Assembly: GCA_017649855.1 (NCBI GenBank)
Contig: JAGCGA010000012.1
Coordinates: forward strand, 63,311 to 127,310
DNA length: 64,000 bases
Direction of reading: 5' to 3'
Source of the DNA: Bacteroidales bacterium
GTDB lineage: Bacteria; Bacteroidota; Bacteroidia; Bacteroidales; WCHB1-69
Positions 46,898 to 56,747 of the stretch are shown one piece after another (position 1 is the stretch's first letter; each line of letters begins with the position of its first letter). The position numbers and the translations under genes were made by a program. A model generated the notes under the pieces. That model had not been told where the DNA came from and made no database searches. It was given only the letters and a program-made list of their open reading frames with translations.

Positions 46898-48175
46898 TCA
46901 CGTTTTTTGTTCCTGCTTTTTGGCGGCAGGGAATAGTACATTGTTGAGAATCAGACGATAACCCGCCGAATTGGGAAAGAGATCCAAGTTGGTGGGCGGG
47001 TCGTTAATGAGGTGCTGATAGTCTTCGGGGTCATGGCCGGAGTAGAAGGTCCAGGTTCCTTGGCCGAATTCTCCATGGATATAGCGAGCTTCGTTAAAGA
47101 TTTGGGTCTCGCCCATGATGGTGACGGTGGGCTTGATCAGATCTTTTCTGAATGCGGTGGTTTGGCCCATGAAGCCAGGGATGACGTTCATGTGGTTTTG
47201 GCACAGCATGGTAGGGACGGGATCCCATTTGGCGGAGAATTCAAAGAGCGTGAAGAAATCGTTGGATTTATTGGTCAGATGGGTGGTGGGATCAACGTCG
47301 ATATCGGATACTTCATATTCGTATGGGTTGGTGACAATCTGGAAGTCGGTGAAAGCAAAGCAGTTGTCATAGTCGAGTTTGCTTTGCGCCTGGGGATCCA
47401 TAGGGTCACCATCGAACATGACATCGCAGATGTCCACTCCTTCAGCTGCGAGGGCGATATCATAGCTGTCGGGACCGGAGCACATGGCGAAAAGATAACC
47501 GCCGCCCGCCACGAAATCGCGGATTCCCTTGGCCACGGCCAACTTCATTTGGGAAACTTTGGCAAACCCCAGCTGGGCAGCCCGGCTCTCGTTTTCTTGT
47601 ACATCCTCAATGTACCATTGTGCGCTGCGGTAGTGTGCCCAGAATTTGCCATATTGCCCAGTGAAGTCTTCGTGGTGGAGGTGCAGCCAGTCGTATTTGG
47701 GCAGCTCACCATGGATGACCTCTTCGTCATATATCACAGTGTAAGGAATTTCGGCATAGGTGAGCACTAATGTCACGGCATCATCCCATGGCAGTTTGTT
47801 CTTGGGAGAGTAAACGGCAATCTTGGGCTCTTTGGTCAGCCTGATCTCGTTCATGTTGTTCTCAACGGCGGCAATCTCGTTCAGAATCTGTTGGGCGGCC
47901 AGGTCGGCAATGACTTGGTAGGAGACGCCCCGCACCACACATTCGTTTTCCACATCGCTATTGTAGGAGCACATGAAACTGCCTCCCCGATAGTTCAGCA
48001 GCCAGCTCATATCAATCTGATGGGCCACAGCATAGTAGGCAATGCCGTATGCCTTCAGGTGATTGCTCTGCTCCATGTCCATGGGAATGAAGAGATAGGA
48101 CGCCCGTGCGCAAAAGAGGCTTTGTGTCAAGATAATGACTAATATGAGATTTTTTTTGAAGTTCATCATTTTCAT
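46898..48175 (-). CDS. Conserved exported Bacteroidota protein with class I glutamine amidotransferase-like motifs (often auto-labelled asparagine synthetase B)
   Basis: Signal peptide, HLKAYG, WLLNYRGGSF, PWDDAVT, HLHHEDFTGQYGKF, GG.LFAMCS, GHDPEDYQH. Confidence 0.75.
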   Translation of the reverse strand: MKMMNFKKNLILVIILTQSLFCARASYLFIPMDMEQSNHLKAYGIAYYAVAHQIDMSWLLNYRGGSFMCSYNSDVENECVVRGVSYQVIADLAAQQILNEIAAVENNMNEIRLTKEPKIAVYSPKNKLPWDDAVTLVLTYAEIPYTVIYDEEVIHGELPKYDWLHLHHEDFTGQYGKFWAHYRSAQWYIEDVQENESRAAQLGFAKVSQMKLAVAKGIRDFVAGGGYLFAMCSGPDSYDIALAAEGVDICDVMFDGDPMDPQAQSKLDYDNCFAFTDFQIVTNPYEYEVSDIDVDPTTHLTNKSNDFFTLFEFSAKWDPVPTMLCQNHMNVIPGFMGQTTAFRKDLIKPTVTIMGETQIFNEARYIHGEFGQGTWTFYSGHDPEDYQHLINDPPTNLDLFPNSAGYRLILNNVLFPAAKKQEQKT

Positions 48176-48960
48176 CTTCTGATCGATAATTTGTCAATTG
48201 ATCCGTTTGAACTAAGTAAATACCAATTGCTCAATACTTTGGAGAAGGCTATGAGGCCGCCATGCCAAACAATTATACTGGGAGACCAAAGGGTGTTCAG
48301 GTCGTTGCTATAGATACTGTCATCTTTCAAATAGTATAATATGTTGTTCTGAAGTTGCAGATATTGAATACCTTGGACGGGAATCCATTTCTGGAAAGAG
48401 GCGAAGCGATCGTAGATGGCAATGCCGGCAGCCGAATCCGACAGGAGCAGTTGCTCAAAGTTATGGTCGGCCACCATGAATTGGGGGTGAAACTCCATGT
48501 CGAATTGGCAGTTGACCACCTCAACCTGGCTCATATCCAGGTCTATCAGGATGATTTGTTGGTTCGTCTCATTGTAGCAAGCCAGTCTGTTGATGCCGAA
48601 CATGGCGGGCAGGATAGGAGTTTGGATTTGGAAGTCAATGAGATGGATTGGATTCCCGATGGGGGCCAGTTTGTTGTTAAGGAGCACGATAGTGTTGGAC
48701 TCTTCGTGGTACACCATGATTTTGGTTGGGATGGAGGCGTCCACTTTGGAGATAAAGCCCAAAGAAGGGTTGGTGTAATAATAGAGCAGTTTACCATCCG
48801 CATCATACAGGTCAAGCCGGTTGTTTTTCCAGCCGTAGACATGCTCTTGAATATCTGTGGTGATATGGTCGTAGGATTGGGATATAAAAGGTCGCCCTTG
48901 CGCCAAGGCGTTAAGGGCGACTATAAAGGAAAAGAATATGCAGAGGATACGATGCGGCAT
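48172..48960 (-). CDS. Exported hypothetical protein, probable beta-propeller
   Basis: Signal peptide (ALA-Q), repeated blade-like segments (LYDADGKLL, IYDRFASF). Confidence 0.6.
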   Translation of the reverse strand: MPHRILCIFFSFIVALNALAQGRPFISQSYDHITTDIQEHVYGWKNNRLDLYDADGKLLYYYTNPSLGFISKVDASIPTKIMVYHEESNTIVLLNNKLAPIGNPIHLIDFQIQTPILPAMFGINRLACYNETNQQIILIDLDMSQVEVVNCQFDMEFHPQFMVADHNFEQLLLSDSAAGIAIYDRFASFQKWIPVQGIQYLQLQNNILYYLKDDSIYSNDLNTLWSPSIIVWHGGLIAFSKVLSNWYLLSSNGSIDKLSIRR

Positions 48961-48966
48961 CGCGGG

Positions 48967-50406
48967 TTAGAACTTGAATCCGACGGTGGCGATGATGCGG
49001 TGGTAGGTGCTGCTTACCCGGGCAGGATCTACATAGTAGGAGTTGTAGAGCCAAGTGTCGTCTTTGGACAGACCTAAGACGTATGCCATATCGAAGAACA
49101 CTCTCTTGGCGCGGATGCCGAAGCCGGCGGAAGCGTAATGGGCGCTGCCAACCTTCTTGTCATCCACTAGTTTGTACGGAGACATCTTGAAGTTGTATCC
49201 AGCACGTACATAGAGCATTTGAGACAGGGCCACCTCGCCGCCGATACGGAAGGAGTGTCCCAAACCATATTTGGTGACGATGTTGTCATTCTCCGTGTTG
49301 AAGCTATAGTCATCGGCGGAGAGCTTAGCCAGGGAGTAGTCGGTCAACTCATACTCAGCGGACACGAAGGCGCGCTTGTTGAGGATGAAGGCCACGCTGA
49401 CGTTCGCTTTCAATGGAGTGGTCAAGGCAAAGTGGTAAAGATTGCTATAGTCGGAGAATTCATTGCTGTTGTTCACCCAGTTGGAGGAGAAGGAGCGGTA
49501 GAAGGAGTCTTTGATCTTCCAGAAGAAGGAGGGGGTTTGGAAGCCAAGGCCGAAGCGGAAGAAGCTGACAGGCTGGTAGATCAAGCCCAACTTGAAGTTG
49601 ATGCCCGAGCCGGTATTGCGCTGTTTGGTGGTCACGGTGTAGTCAGTGATGCCAGCCAAAGCCTCGCCGCTGGCGGCAGATTCGTTGAGGACGGTATATT
49701 GGGTGATGTCCAGGATGGGGAATCCGAGGCCTGCACCGATGAAGAGTTGATCGTTGTAGTTACCACCAAAGTTGATGGTGATTTCATCCAGGGCGCCGGA
49801 GGTTTTGACGGAGGCATTCTGGTTGAGGTCTCGAGCGTGGAAGGGGCTCCAGAACTGGCTGTTGTTGCCAGGGATGGTGTCTATTACCCAGGTGTCGTAG
49901 GCTAGCTGTGCGTCCAGTCCCAAGGATGCGGAACTGTTGGCAGCATCCAAAAGAGGATCCGAGAATGAGGAGTTGGAGATGCCCTCAACGCCATAGGAGT
50001 TGTTGTAGTCTTTAAGACGGTTGTATCCGAAGCCGAAGTGCCAGTAGCGCCAGTTGGAGTTCTCGCGGTTGATGCTCGTGCTGAGCACCATGCCCACTTG
50101 GGGAACGGCATACTTCATCTTCTTGCTGCTGCGAATGTTGCCGTAGTAGGTCGCGTCATTTTGCAGGATAGAGAGTGACATGGGGGTGAAGGAGACCTCC
50201 GATTTCTTGTAGAGTCCGATAGCGGCGGGGTTGCTTATGAGGGCCGAGAAATCGCCACCCACTGCACCGAAAGCTCTGCCGGCACCCATGTAACGGGCGG
50301 TCCCGACGGGATCATTCTGAGAAAAAAGGTATGCTTCGTAGTCATTTTGGCCCAGCATGGTGCTGAAAAGGCCTATACAGATGGCAAAAACAAGGATTCT
50401 TTTCAT
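48967..50406 (-). CDS. FadL/OmpP1-like outer-membrane beta-barrel
   Basis: N-terminal hatch motif GTARYMG...AFGAVGGD.SA...NPAAIGLY, FRFGLGFQTP, terminal VGFKF. Confidence 0.85.
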   Translation of the reverse strand: MKRILVFAICIGLFSTMLGQNDYEAYLFSQNDPVGTARYMGAGRAFGAVGGDFSALISNPAAIGLYKKSEVSFTPMSLSILQNDATYYGNIRSSKKMKYAVPQVGMVLSTSINRENSNWRYWHFGFGYNRLKDYNNSYGVEGISNSSFSDPLLDAANSSASLGLDAQLAYDTWVIDTIPGNNSQFWSPFHARDLNQNASVKTSGALDEITINFGGNYNDQLFIGAGLGFPILDITQYTVLNESAASGEALAGITDYTVTTKQRNTGSGINFKLGLIYQPVSFFRFGLGFQTPSFFWKIKDSFYRSFSSNWVNNSNEFSDYSNLYHFALTTPLKANVSVAFILNKRAFVSAEYELTDYSLAKLSADDYSFNTENDNIVTKYGLGHSFRIGGEVALSQMLYVRAGYNFKMSPYKLVDDKKVGSAHYASAGFGIRAKRVFFDMAYVLGLSKDDTWLYNSYYVDPARVSSTYHRIIATVGFKF

Positions 50407-50453
50407 TTTTTTATGTTCTTAATAAATTATGCTATTTTGAAAATGAGGTTGCA

Positions 50454-52103
50454 TTATCGATGGCCGCCACTGCTGCGGGAGGAACTGCTGCTGCTACTGT
50501 GAGAAGATCCGCTGCTGTGGGAGGAAGAACCGCTATAACTGCTGCGAGATGAAGATGATCCGCTATAGCTACTTCTGGAAGAGGAACTTCCGCTGTTGTA
50601 ACTGCTGCTTCTGGACGAAGAGCTGCTGGGCGAATAACTGCTTCTAGGGGAAGAGCTGCCACTGTTATAGCTGTTGCTTCTGGAAGAGGAACTGCTCGGA
50701 GTGTAGCCGCTTCTGGAGCTGGAGGAAGAGCTGCCGCTTTGGTAATTGCCACTTCTGGAAGAGGAGCTACTGGGCGCATAACCACTTCTGGAGCTGGAAG
50801 AGCCGTTGTTGTAGCTGGAAGAAGGTCTGGTCGTCGTCGTTCTGGAACTGCCATCGGAAGAACGGATGATGGTCGTGGTGGCAGGTTTGGGAGAAGCACT
50901 GCTAGAGGCCGGACGGGTAGTAGAAGAGGCAGGCGTCGTCGTTCTGGACGGAGTTGTCGGAGTCGTTGTGGTGGTTCTGGCCGGAGTGGTTGTCGTTGTA
51001 CTCGTTCTGGCAGGAGTGGTCGTCGTTGTAGTAGTGCTCGTTCTGGCCGGAGTCGTGGTGGTCGTCGTGTTGGTTCTGGAAGTGGCTGTAGGCGTGGTTG
51101 TGGTCGTTCTGGCCGGAGCGGTGGCAGTGGAAGAAGAGACGTTCGTTCTGGTAGCGGTTGTATTGTGCGAGTTGGCCGTGGAAGTGGCGGTGCGAGCATT
51201 GGCAGTTGTGGAGCCAGAGGCGCTGTGCGTTGCCGCCATCGTCTGGTATGTCTGGTTGAAAGAGGCCGGAGAGCTGACCGTAGAGTAGCGGTTGTTGTTG
51301 TCGTTGTTGGTGTAGGTGGATCCGAAGAGGTTGTTATCCAGGTCTCTTTCTCTGTGACGGCCGTTGCCTACGGAAAGTCCGACAGACTCGCGATGGCCAT
51401 AGTGGAAGGTGTTGTTCTGATCGTGGTTGTTGTGATAGAAGTTGCTGGCCCAGTGACTGCCCGGATGGTTCCAGTAGTCAAAATGACCATAGTGCCCGTG
51501 GTGATGATGGTACCAAGGATGGAAGTGATGATAGTGGAACGGATCGTAGTAACCCCAGCCCCAGCCATAGTTGAAGCCCCAGTAGTCATAACCATAATAG
51601 TAGGGACGAACATAATAGCTCGGCCACCACCAGTTATAACCCAAGTAGATGCTGTAGCCCCAGCTGTAGGGATTGTAGTCATACCAGTAGGTGTTGGTGT
51701 ACCAAGGATCATAGTAGCTCCAGCCGTAATTGATGCCGGTATGGAATCTGCGGAGTCTGGAGGTGTAATAATAATCGTAATAGTCATCATCGTTGTAGGA
51801 CGACAATGTATAAGTGGGGCTTTCAACCATGTAGTTTTTCACTACAGGCTCTGACATTCCGGCGTAAAAACTCTGGGTCCGCAGCAGGTTACCCTCCTCA
51901 TCATATTCGTACACGATGGAGTCGGGCTGCAGCTCCGTGGTTTTCGCATTGCTCTCAGACAAGCCTTTGGATGCGACCGCAGACTTGTATTGGGCGTCAC
52001 TTGAGGATGAATAAACGTCATCGTAGACGGCATAATTCTCTGTCATGCAGGCAGAAAGAAGGAATGCCAAAGATACTGATGCGATAAGAAATAGTTTTTT
52101 CAT
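50454..52103 (-). CDS. Lipoprotein with Tyr/Trp/His-rich core and long Thr/Ser/Arg low-complexity tail
   Basis: Lipobox LSAC, YDDVY, YYYTSRLRRFH, YYDPWY, tail ending SSGGHR. Confidence 0.85.
   Translation of the reverse strand: MKKLFLIASVSLAFLLSACMTENYAVYDDVYSSSSDAQYKSAVASKGLSESNAKTTELQPDSIVYEYDEEGNLLRTQSFYAGMSEPVVKNYMVESPTYTLSSYNDDDYYDYYYTSRLRRFHTGINYGWSYYDPWYTNTYWYDYNPYSWGYSIYLGYNWWWPSYYVRPYYYGYDYWGFNYGWGWGYYDPFHYHHFHPWYHHHHGHYGHFDYWNHPGSHWASNFYHNNHDQNNTFHYGHRESVGLSVGNGRHRERDLDNNLFGSTYTNNDNNNRYSTVSSPASFNQTYQTMAATHSASGSTTANARTATSTANSHNTTATRTNVSSSTATAPARTTTTTPTATSRTNTTTTTTPARTSTTTTTTTPARTSTTTTTPARTTTTTPTTPSRTTTPASSTTRPASSSASPKPATTTIIRSSDGSSRTTTTRPSSSYNNGSSSSRSGYAPSSSSSRSGNYQSGSSSSSSRSGYTPSSSSSRSNSYNSGSSSPRSSYSPSSSSSRSSSYNSGSSSSRSSYSGSSSSRSSYSGSSSHSSGSSHSSSSSSSRSSGGHR
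50460..51200 (-). repeat. Coding repeats (T)nPART and SSSSRS(G/S)Y
   Basis: Repeated gttctggccggag and cttctggaagagga units in the DNA. Confidence 0.85.
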
Positions 52104-52243
52104 AAAGTCCTCCGTATGTTTTGAAATTTAGTATTTTTGCAACAAAGTTTATAGACGGCAAAGATACTAAAAAGTTAATTCTTTGTCGGAAAAAAATCTA
52201 AGCCTAATAATTAAAAATCCTTAATAGATAAATACTGAATAAT

Positions 52244-53719
52244 ATGGCAAAAAATTCAACTACTCGTGAAGAGAATTATTCCCAATGGTACAATGATATT
52301 GTGAAGAATGCAGACTTGGCGGAGAATTCGTCCGTTCGTGGATGTATGGTCATAAAACCCTATGGATATGCTATTTGGGAAAAGGTTCACGACTCTCTGG
52401 ACAAGATGTTTAAGGATACGGGGCACGTGAATGCCTATTTCCCGTTGTTCATCCCGAAGTCTTTTTTCAGCCGTGAGGCCAGTCATGTGGAGGGCTTTGC
52501 CAAGGAGTGTGCGGTGGTGACGCATTATCGTCTGAAGAATGCAGAAGATGGTAGCGGTGTGGTCGTGGATCCTGAGGCAAAACTGGAGGAGGAATTGATT
52601 GTCCGCCCCACTTCCGAGACGATCATCTGGAACACCTATAAGAATTGGATTCAGTCATACCGTGATCTTCCGATCCTTTGTAACCAGTGGGCCAACGTGG
52701 TCCGTTGGGAGATGCGTACCCGTTTGTTCCTGCGTACGGCTGAGTTCTTGTGGCAGGAGGGACACACCGCCCACGCCACCCGCGAGGAGGCGGTGGCTGA
52801 AACTGAGCGCATGCTGCATGTGTATGCCGATTTTGTAGAGAATTTCATGGCTATTCCGGTGATCAAGGGCGTGAAATCTCCCAATGAGCGCTTCGCAGGT
52901 GCTTTGGATACTTACTGTATCGAAGCGTTGATGCAGGATGGTAAGGCTCTTCAGGCCGGCACCTCACACTTCTTGGGCCAGAACTTTGCCAAGGCTTTCG
53001 ATGTCAAGTTCCTCAACAAAGAGAATCAGTTGGAGTATGTTTGGGCTACCTCTTGGGGTGTTTCCACCCGTCTGATCGGCGCTCTCATTATGACCCACTC
53101 CGATGACAATGGATTGGTTCTTCCTCCGAAACTTGCTCCTACACAAGTTGTTATCGTGCCTATTTACAAAAATGAAGAACAACGTCAAGCTATCGCCGAG
53201 AAGGTTGATTCCTTGGTCCAAGAGCTGAAGGCCTTGAATATCACGGTCAAGTTTGATAATGACGACACCAAGCGTTCCGGATGGAAGTTCAATGAGTATG
53301 AGCAGAAAGGCGTTCCTGTCCGGGTGGCTATCGGCCCGCGCGACTTGGAGAACAACCAGGCAGAAGTTGCCCGTCGAGACACCCTGACCAAGGAGGTCAT
53401 CTCTTTCGACGGCTTGGCATCCTATATTCAAAAATTATTGGTTGACATACAAAATAATCTCTTCCAAAAAGCGTTAACATTCAGAGAGACACACACCTAT
53501 AAGGCTGACACGTGGGACGAATTCATCGATTTGCTGGATAACAAGCCTGGTTTTGTGTACGCTCACTGGGATGGTACCGCCGAGACGGAAGACAAGATCA
53601 AGGAACTTTCCAAGGCCACCATACGTTGCATCCCCTTTGACAATCCGAAGGAAGATGGCAAGTGCATCCTGACCGGCAAGCCTTCCACCCAGCGAGTACT
53701 CTTTGCTAGAGCCTATTAG
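52244..53719 (+). CDS. proS: Proline--tRNA ligase (archaeal/eukaryotic type)
   Basis: [58 protein letters not shown], terminal FARAY. Confidence 0.98.
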   Translation: MAKNSTTREENYSQWYNDIVKNADLAENSSVRGCMVIKPYGYAIWEKVHDSLDKMFKDTGHVNAYFPLFIPKSFFSREASHVEGFAKECAVVTHYRLKNAEDGSGVVVDPEAKLEEELIVRPTSETIIWNTYKNWIQSYRDLPILCNQWANVVRWEMRTRLFLRTAEFLWQEGHTAHATREEAVAETERMLHVYADFVENFMAIPVIKGVKSPNERFAGALDTYCIEALMQDGKALQAGTSHFLGQNFAKAFDVKFLNKENQLEYVWATSWGVSTRLIGALIMTHSDDNGLVLPPKLAPTQVVIVPIYKNEEQRQAIAEKVDSLVQELKALNITVKFDNDDTKRSGWKFNEYEQKGVPVRVAIGPRDLENNQAEVARRDTLTKEVISFDGLASYIQKLLVDIQNNLFQKALTFRETHTYKADTWDEFIDLLDNKPGFVYAHWDGTAETEDKIKELSKATIRCIPFDNPKEDGKCILTGKPSTQRVLFARAY

Positions 53720-53731
53720 TAGATACGATAT

Positions 53732-54499
53732 ATGGATGAAAGACTGCAGGCCTTTGAGCGCCTATTGAATATCATGGACGACCTGCGTGCCCAGTGCCCG
53801 TGGGATCGCGAGCAGACCTTCGACACGTTGCGCTGCCTCACCATTGAGGAAACCTATGAGTTGTCGGATGCCATCGTGGAGAAGAACTATGCCGACATGT
53901 GCAAGGAGTTGGGCGACCTGCTCCTGCACGTGGTCTTCTATGCTAAAATCGCAGACGAAGAGCAACGTTTTGATATAACGAAAGTTATAAACCAACTCTG
54001 CGACAAGCTGATCCGCCGTCACCCCCATATCTATGGCAATGTTGAGTCGAACACGGCTACAGAAGTCCATCAAAACTGGGAAAAAATCAAGTTGCAGAAA
54101 GAGGGGAACCGATCCGTATTGGGTGGTGTGCCCCAGTCGCTGCCTGCTTTGATCAAAGCTTTCCGTATTCAAGAAAAGGTCAGCGGAGTGGGTTTTGATT
54201 GGAATAACCGCGACGAAGTGTGGGATAAGGTGCAGGAAGAGATGGGTGAACTTCAGCAGGAGGTCTCGCAAAACTCTGATAAAGTGGAAGATGAACTGGG
54301 CGACCTCTTCTTTGCCCTCATCAACTACGCCCGTTTCCTGAATCTGAATCCTGAGGATGCTTTGGAGAAAACCAACCGCAAATTCATCCGCCGTTTTCAG
54401 TATATTGAACAGCAGGCCAAAGCTAACAATCAGAAAATCACTGATTTGTCTTTGGACACCATGGAGTCCTACTGGCAAGAGGCTAAAACAAAGGAATAA
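53732..54499 (+). CDS. mazG: Nucleoside triphosphate pyrophosphohydrolase MazG
   Basis: LRAQCPWDREQT, EETYE, ELGDLL, KLIRRHPH, GFDW, second ELGDL. Confidence 0.96.
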   Translation: MDERLQAFERLLNIMDDLRAQCPWDREQTFDTLRCLTIEETYELSDAIVEKNYADMCKELGDLLLHVVFYAKIADEEQRFDITKVINQLCDKLIRRHPHIYGNVESNTATEVHQNWEKIKLQKEGNRSVLGGVPQSLPALIKAFRIQEKVSGVGFDWNNRDEVWDKVQEEMGELQQEVSQNSDKVEDELGDLFFALINYARFLNLNPEDALEKTNRKFIRRFQYIEQQAKANNQKITDLSLDTMESYWQEAKTKE

Positions 54500-54519
54500 T
54501 CTATTTATAATAACTATAT

Positions 54520-56445
54520 ATGAATAATAAAATAATAGTATATATAATTATATTGTTACTTGGCTTCATGCCAGTCGAGGTGTTGGCGCAAAAGCGTTCC
54601 AAGGCCGCCGACTATTGCGAGAAAGCCGAGAAGGCCCTCAACCAGCGTGATTTCGGCAAGGCGATTGCCTATTTGAAGCAGGCTCTTCAGAAGGATCCTC
54701 TCTATGCGGATGCTTATATTTTGATGGGTGATGCTTACAACTTCACCTTGAAGTCTGATTCAGCGGCAAGTTGTTATGATCGGGCTGTCGAGTTGATTGG
54801 GGAGCCTGACCCCTTGTTGTATCATATTACCGCCACGGAGTTCATGAAGTGTGGGCGTTATGATAAGGCTGCCCGTCATTTTGAGACTTTCCTAAAAAAA
54901 GGACTTCAATATACGGATGTGTTGACGGAAGCCCAGAAGGGTTTAGCCAATTGCAAGTTCGCGCTCGAGGCGATGAAGAATCCTGTCAATTACCAATTGC
55001 AGAATATGGGTCCCAACATCAATTCCGAATGGGATGAGTCATTGGCAGCCCTTACGGCTGATGATGAGACCATCATCTTCACGGTGAGAAGGCCGAAAGA
55101 TGCGCATACGGTTTGTGCTTTTTGCATGAATGAGGAAGACTTGTACAGTGCTGAGCAGCGTGACAATGCCTGGACAGTGCGCAAGGTGCTGGCCTCACCA
55201 GTGACCACGGGCTATAACGAGGGTGCGCAGAGCATCTCGCCCGATGGCAACTACCTGCTCTATACCATGTGCAATGCCGACTATGGTATCGGCAGCTGTG
55301 ATCTCTATTGGGCCAAGCGCATTGGAGACCGCTGGTCACGGCCCCGCAACTTTGGCACGCCGGTCAACTCGGGAGCTTGGGAGAGCCAGCCCTCCATGGC
55401 CGCCGATGGGGTCACCATCTATTTTGCCTCCTCCCGCCCCGGCGGCTTTGGGGGTATGGACATCTGGAAGACCACGATGACTTCTGAAGGCGCCTTCACC
55501 GCACCGGAGAACCTGGGCGCCACCATCAATACACCCGAGGATGATGCCGCCCCGTTCATCCATAGCGACGGGCACACCCTCTACTTCGCCTCTAATGGCC
55601 GGGTGGGCATGGGTGGCTACGACCTCTACTATTCCACCTTGCAGCCTGATGGAAGTTGGAGTGAACCGCAGAATCTCGGTTATCCGATCAACACCTGGAA
55701 TGACGAGATCAATATCTTCATCAATGCCAAGGGTACTACCGCCTATATCGCCTCGGACAAGGAAGGCGGCCTGGGTGGCCTTGACCTTTATAGTTTCGAG
55801 TTGGACGACAACCTGCGTCCCAGTCCGGTTACCTATATTAAAGGACGGGTGCGGGATGCCGAGACGGGTGCCCCTCTGCAGGCCGAGTTGCAGATGATCG
55901 ATCTGGAGACCAACCGACTGCTTACCGGTACCACCTCCGACGTCGAGACTGGTGAGTATCTTGCCTGTATCCACACGGGAAAGAATGTGCTGCTCAACGT
56001 CTCCCATCCGGGATACCCCTTCTATTCGGAGAACTTCCAGCTGGAGCAGTCCTACAACCAGCTTCAACCCTATTTGAAAGACATTACCCTGCAGCGTGCA
56101 GAGGTGGGGACGGTGGTTGTTTTGAAGAATATCTTCTTCGACTTTGACAAGAGCGAGCTCAAGGCTGAATCGTATGTGGAGCTTGACAAGCTGGTGGAGT
56201 ACCTGCATCATAATAAGGTAAGGATCGAGATTGGCGGCCATACCGACAATACGGGCAGTCGCGAATACAACGAAAAGCTCTCCCAGGACCGTGCCAAGTC
56301 GGTATATGACTACCTGGTGGCGCACGGGATTGCTGCTGACAGGCTCCAATATCGGGGCTATGGGATGCAAAAACCCATCGATACCAACGACACGGAAGAG
56401 GGTAGAGCCAACAATCGGCGTACCGAATTCACGATTATACGCTAA
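54520..56445 (+). CDS. PorE-like protein: TPR, PD40 propeller, carboxypeptidase-regulatory-like and OmpA_C domains
   Basis: TPRs, NMGPNINS, YFASSRPGGFGGMDIW, NLGYPINT, NIFFDFDK, GHTD, LSQDRA, NRRTEF. Confidence 0.92.
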   Translation: MNNKIIVYIIILLLGFMPVEVLAQKRSKAADYCEKAEKALNQRDFGKAIAYLKQALQKDPLYADAYILMGDAYNFTLKSDSAASCYDRAVELIGEPDPLLYHITATEFMKCGRYDKAARHFETFLKKGLQYTDVLTEAQKGLANCKFALEAMKNPVNYQLQNMGPNINSEWDESLAALTADDETIIFTVRRPKDAHTVCAFCMNEEDLYSAEQRDNAWTVRKVLASPVTTGYNEGAQSISPDGNYLLYTMCNADYGIGSCDLYWAKRIGDRWSRPRNFGTPVNSGAWESQPSMAADGVTIYFASSRPGGFGGMDIWKTTMTSEGAFTAPENLGATINTPEDDAAPFIHSDGHTLYFASNGRVGMGGYDLYYSTLQPDGSWSEPQNLGYPINTWNDEINIFINAKGTTAYIASDKEGGLGGLDLYSFELDDNLRPSPVTYIKGRVRDAETGAPLQAELQMIDLETNRLLTGTTSDVETGEYLACIHTGKNVLLNVSHPGYPFYSENFQLEQSYNQLQPYLKDITLQRAEVGTVVVLKNIFFDFDKSELKAESYVELDKLVEYLHHNKVRIEIGGHTDNTGSREYNEKLSQDRAKSVYDYLVAHGIAADRLQYRGYGMQKPIDTNDTEEGRANNRRTEFTIIR

Positions 56446-56517
56446 AAAAATGTTGATAAGCTATTGGGATATGGCTTGACGGATGTGTTTTCTAAAATAG
56501 TCTATCTCAGCAATATA

Positions 56518-56550
56518 AGGGCGTTCTCATTTGGGGACGCCCTAGTTTTT
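56518..56550 (+). terminator. Intrinsic terminator after the OmpA-domain gene
   Basis: AGGGCGTTCTC-ATTT-GGGGACGCCCT followed by AGTTTTT. Confidence 0.7.
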
Positions 56551-56626
56551 CACAATGCTGCCCCTTTATTTTTTCAGAATTGTTGAAAAAAAATTTTCTC
56601 AAGAGTATATGAATAAAAAAAAAATG

Positions 56627-56634
56627 TATTTTTG
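56627..56634 (+). promoter_or_regulatory. -7 box (TATTTTTG) for the giant surface protein gene
   Basis: TAnnTTTG match preceded by A10 (56615-56624) and followed by an AT-rich leader of about 110 nt. Confidence 0.65.
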
Positions 56635-56747
56635 CAAGTTGAATTTTTAGTGTAATGTATAGTTCTGTAGTATGCTAAATAGTAAGACAATACGAACGAT
56701 AAAGAAGAAAAAATAATAATTAATAATAACAAACAATAAAAAACAGT

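Noticed and set aside
50460-51200. Periodic DNA repeats as a possible CRISPR array
   Set aside because: The repeats are degenerate, codon-phased and inside a CDS, with no unique spacers and no cas genes.
50739-51854. Val/Gly/Arg-rich + strand ORFs (also 22239-23039 and 22645-22932) resembling membrane or RS proteins
   Set aside because: They are reverse-complement readings of Thr/Ser/Pro coding repeats.
56615-56624. A10 tract in the adhesin promoter as a phase-variation switch
   Set aside because: A/T tracts precede most -7 boxes in this window, so it is not distinctive without read-level length variation. No invertible-repeat pair was seen.
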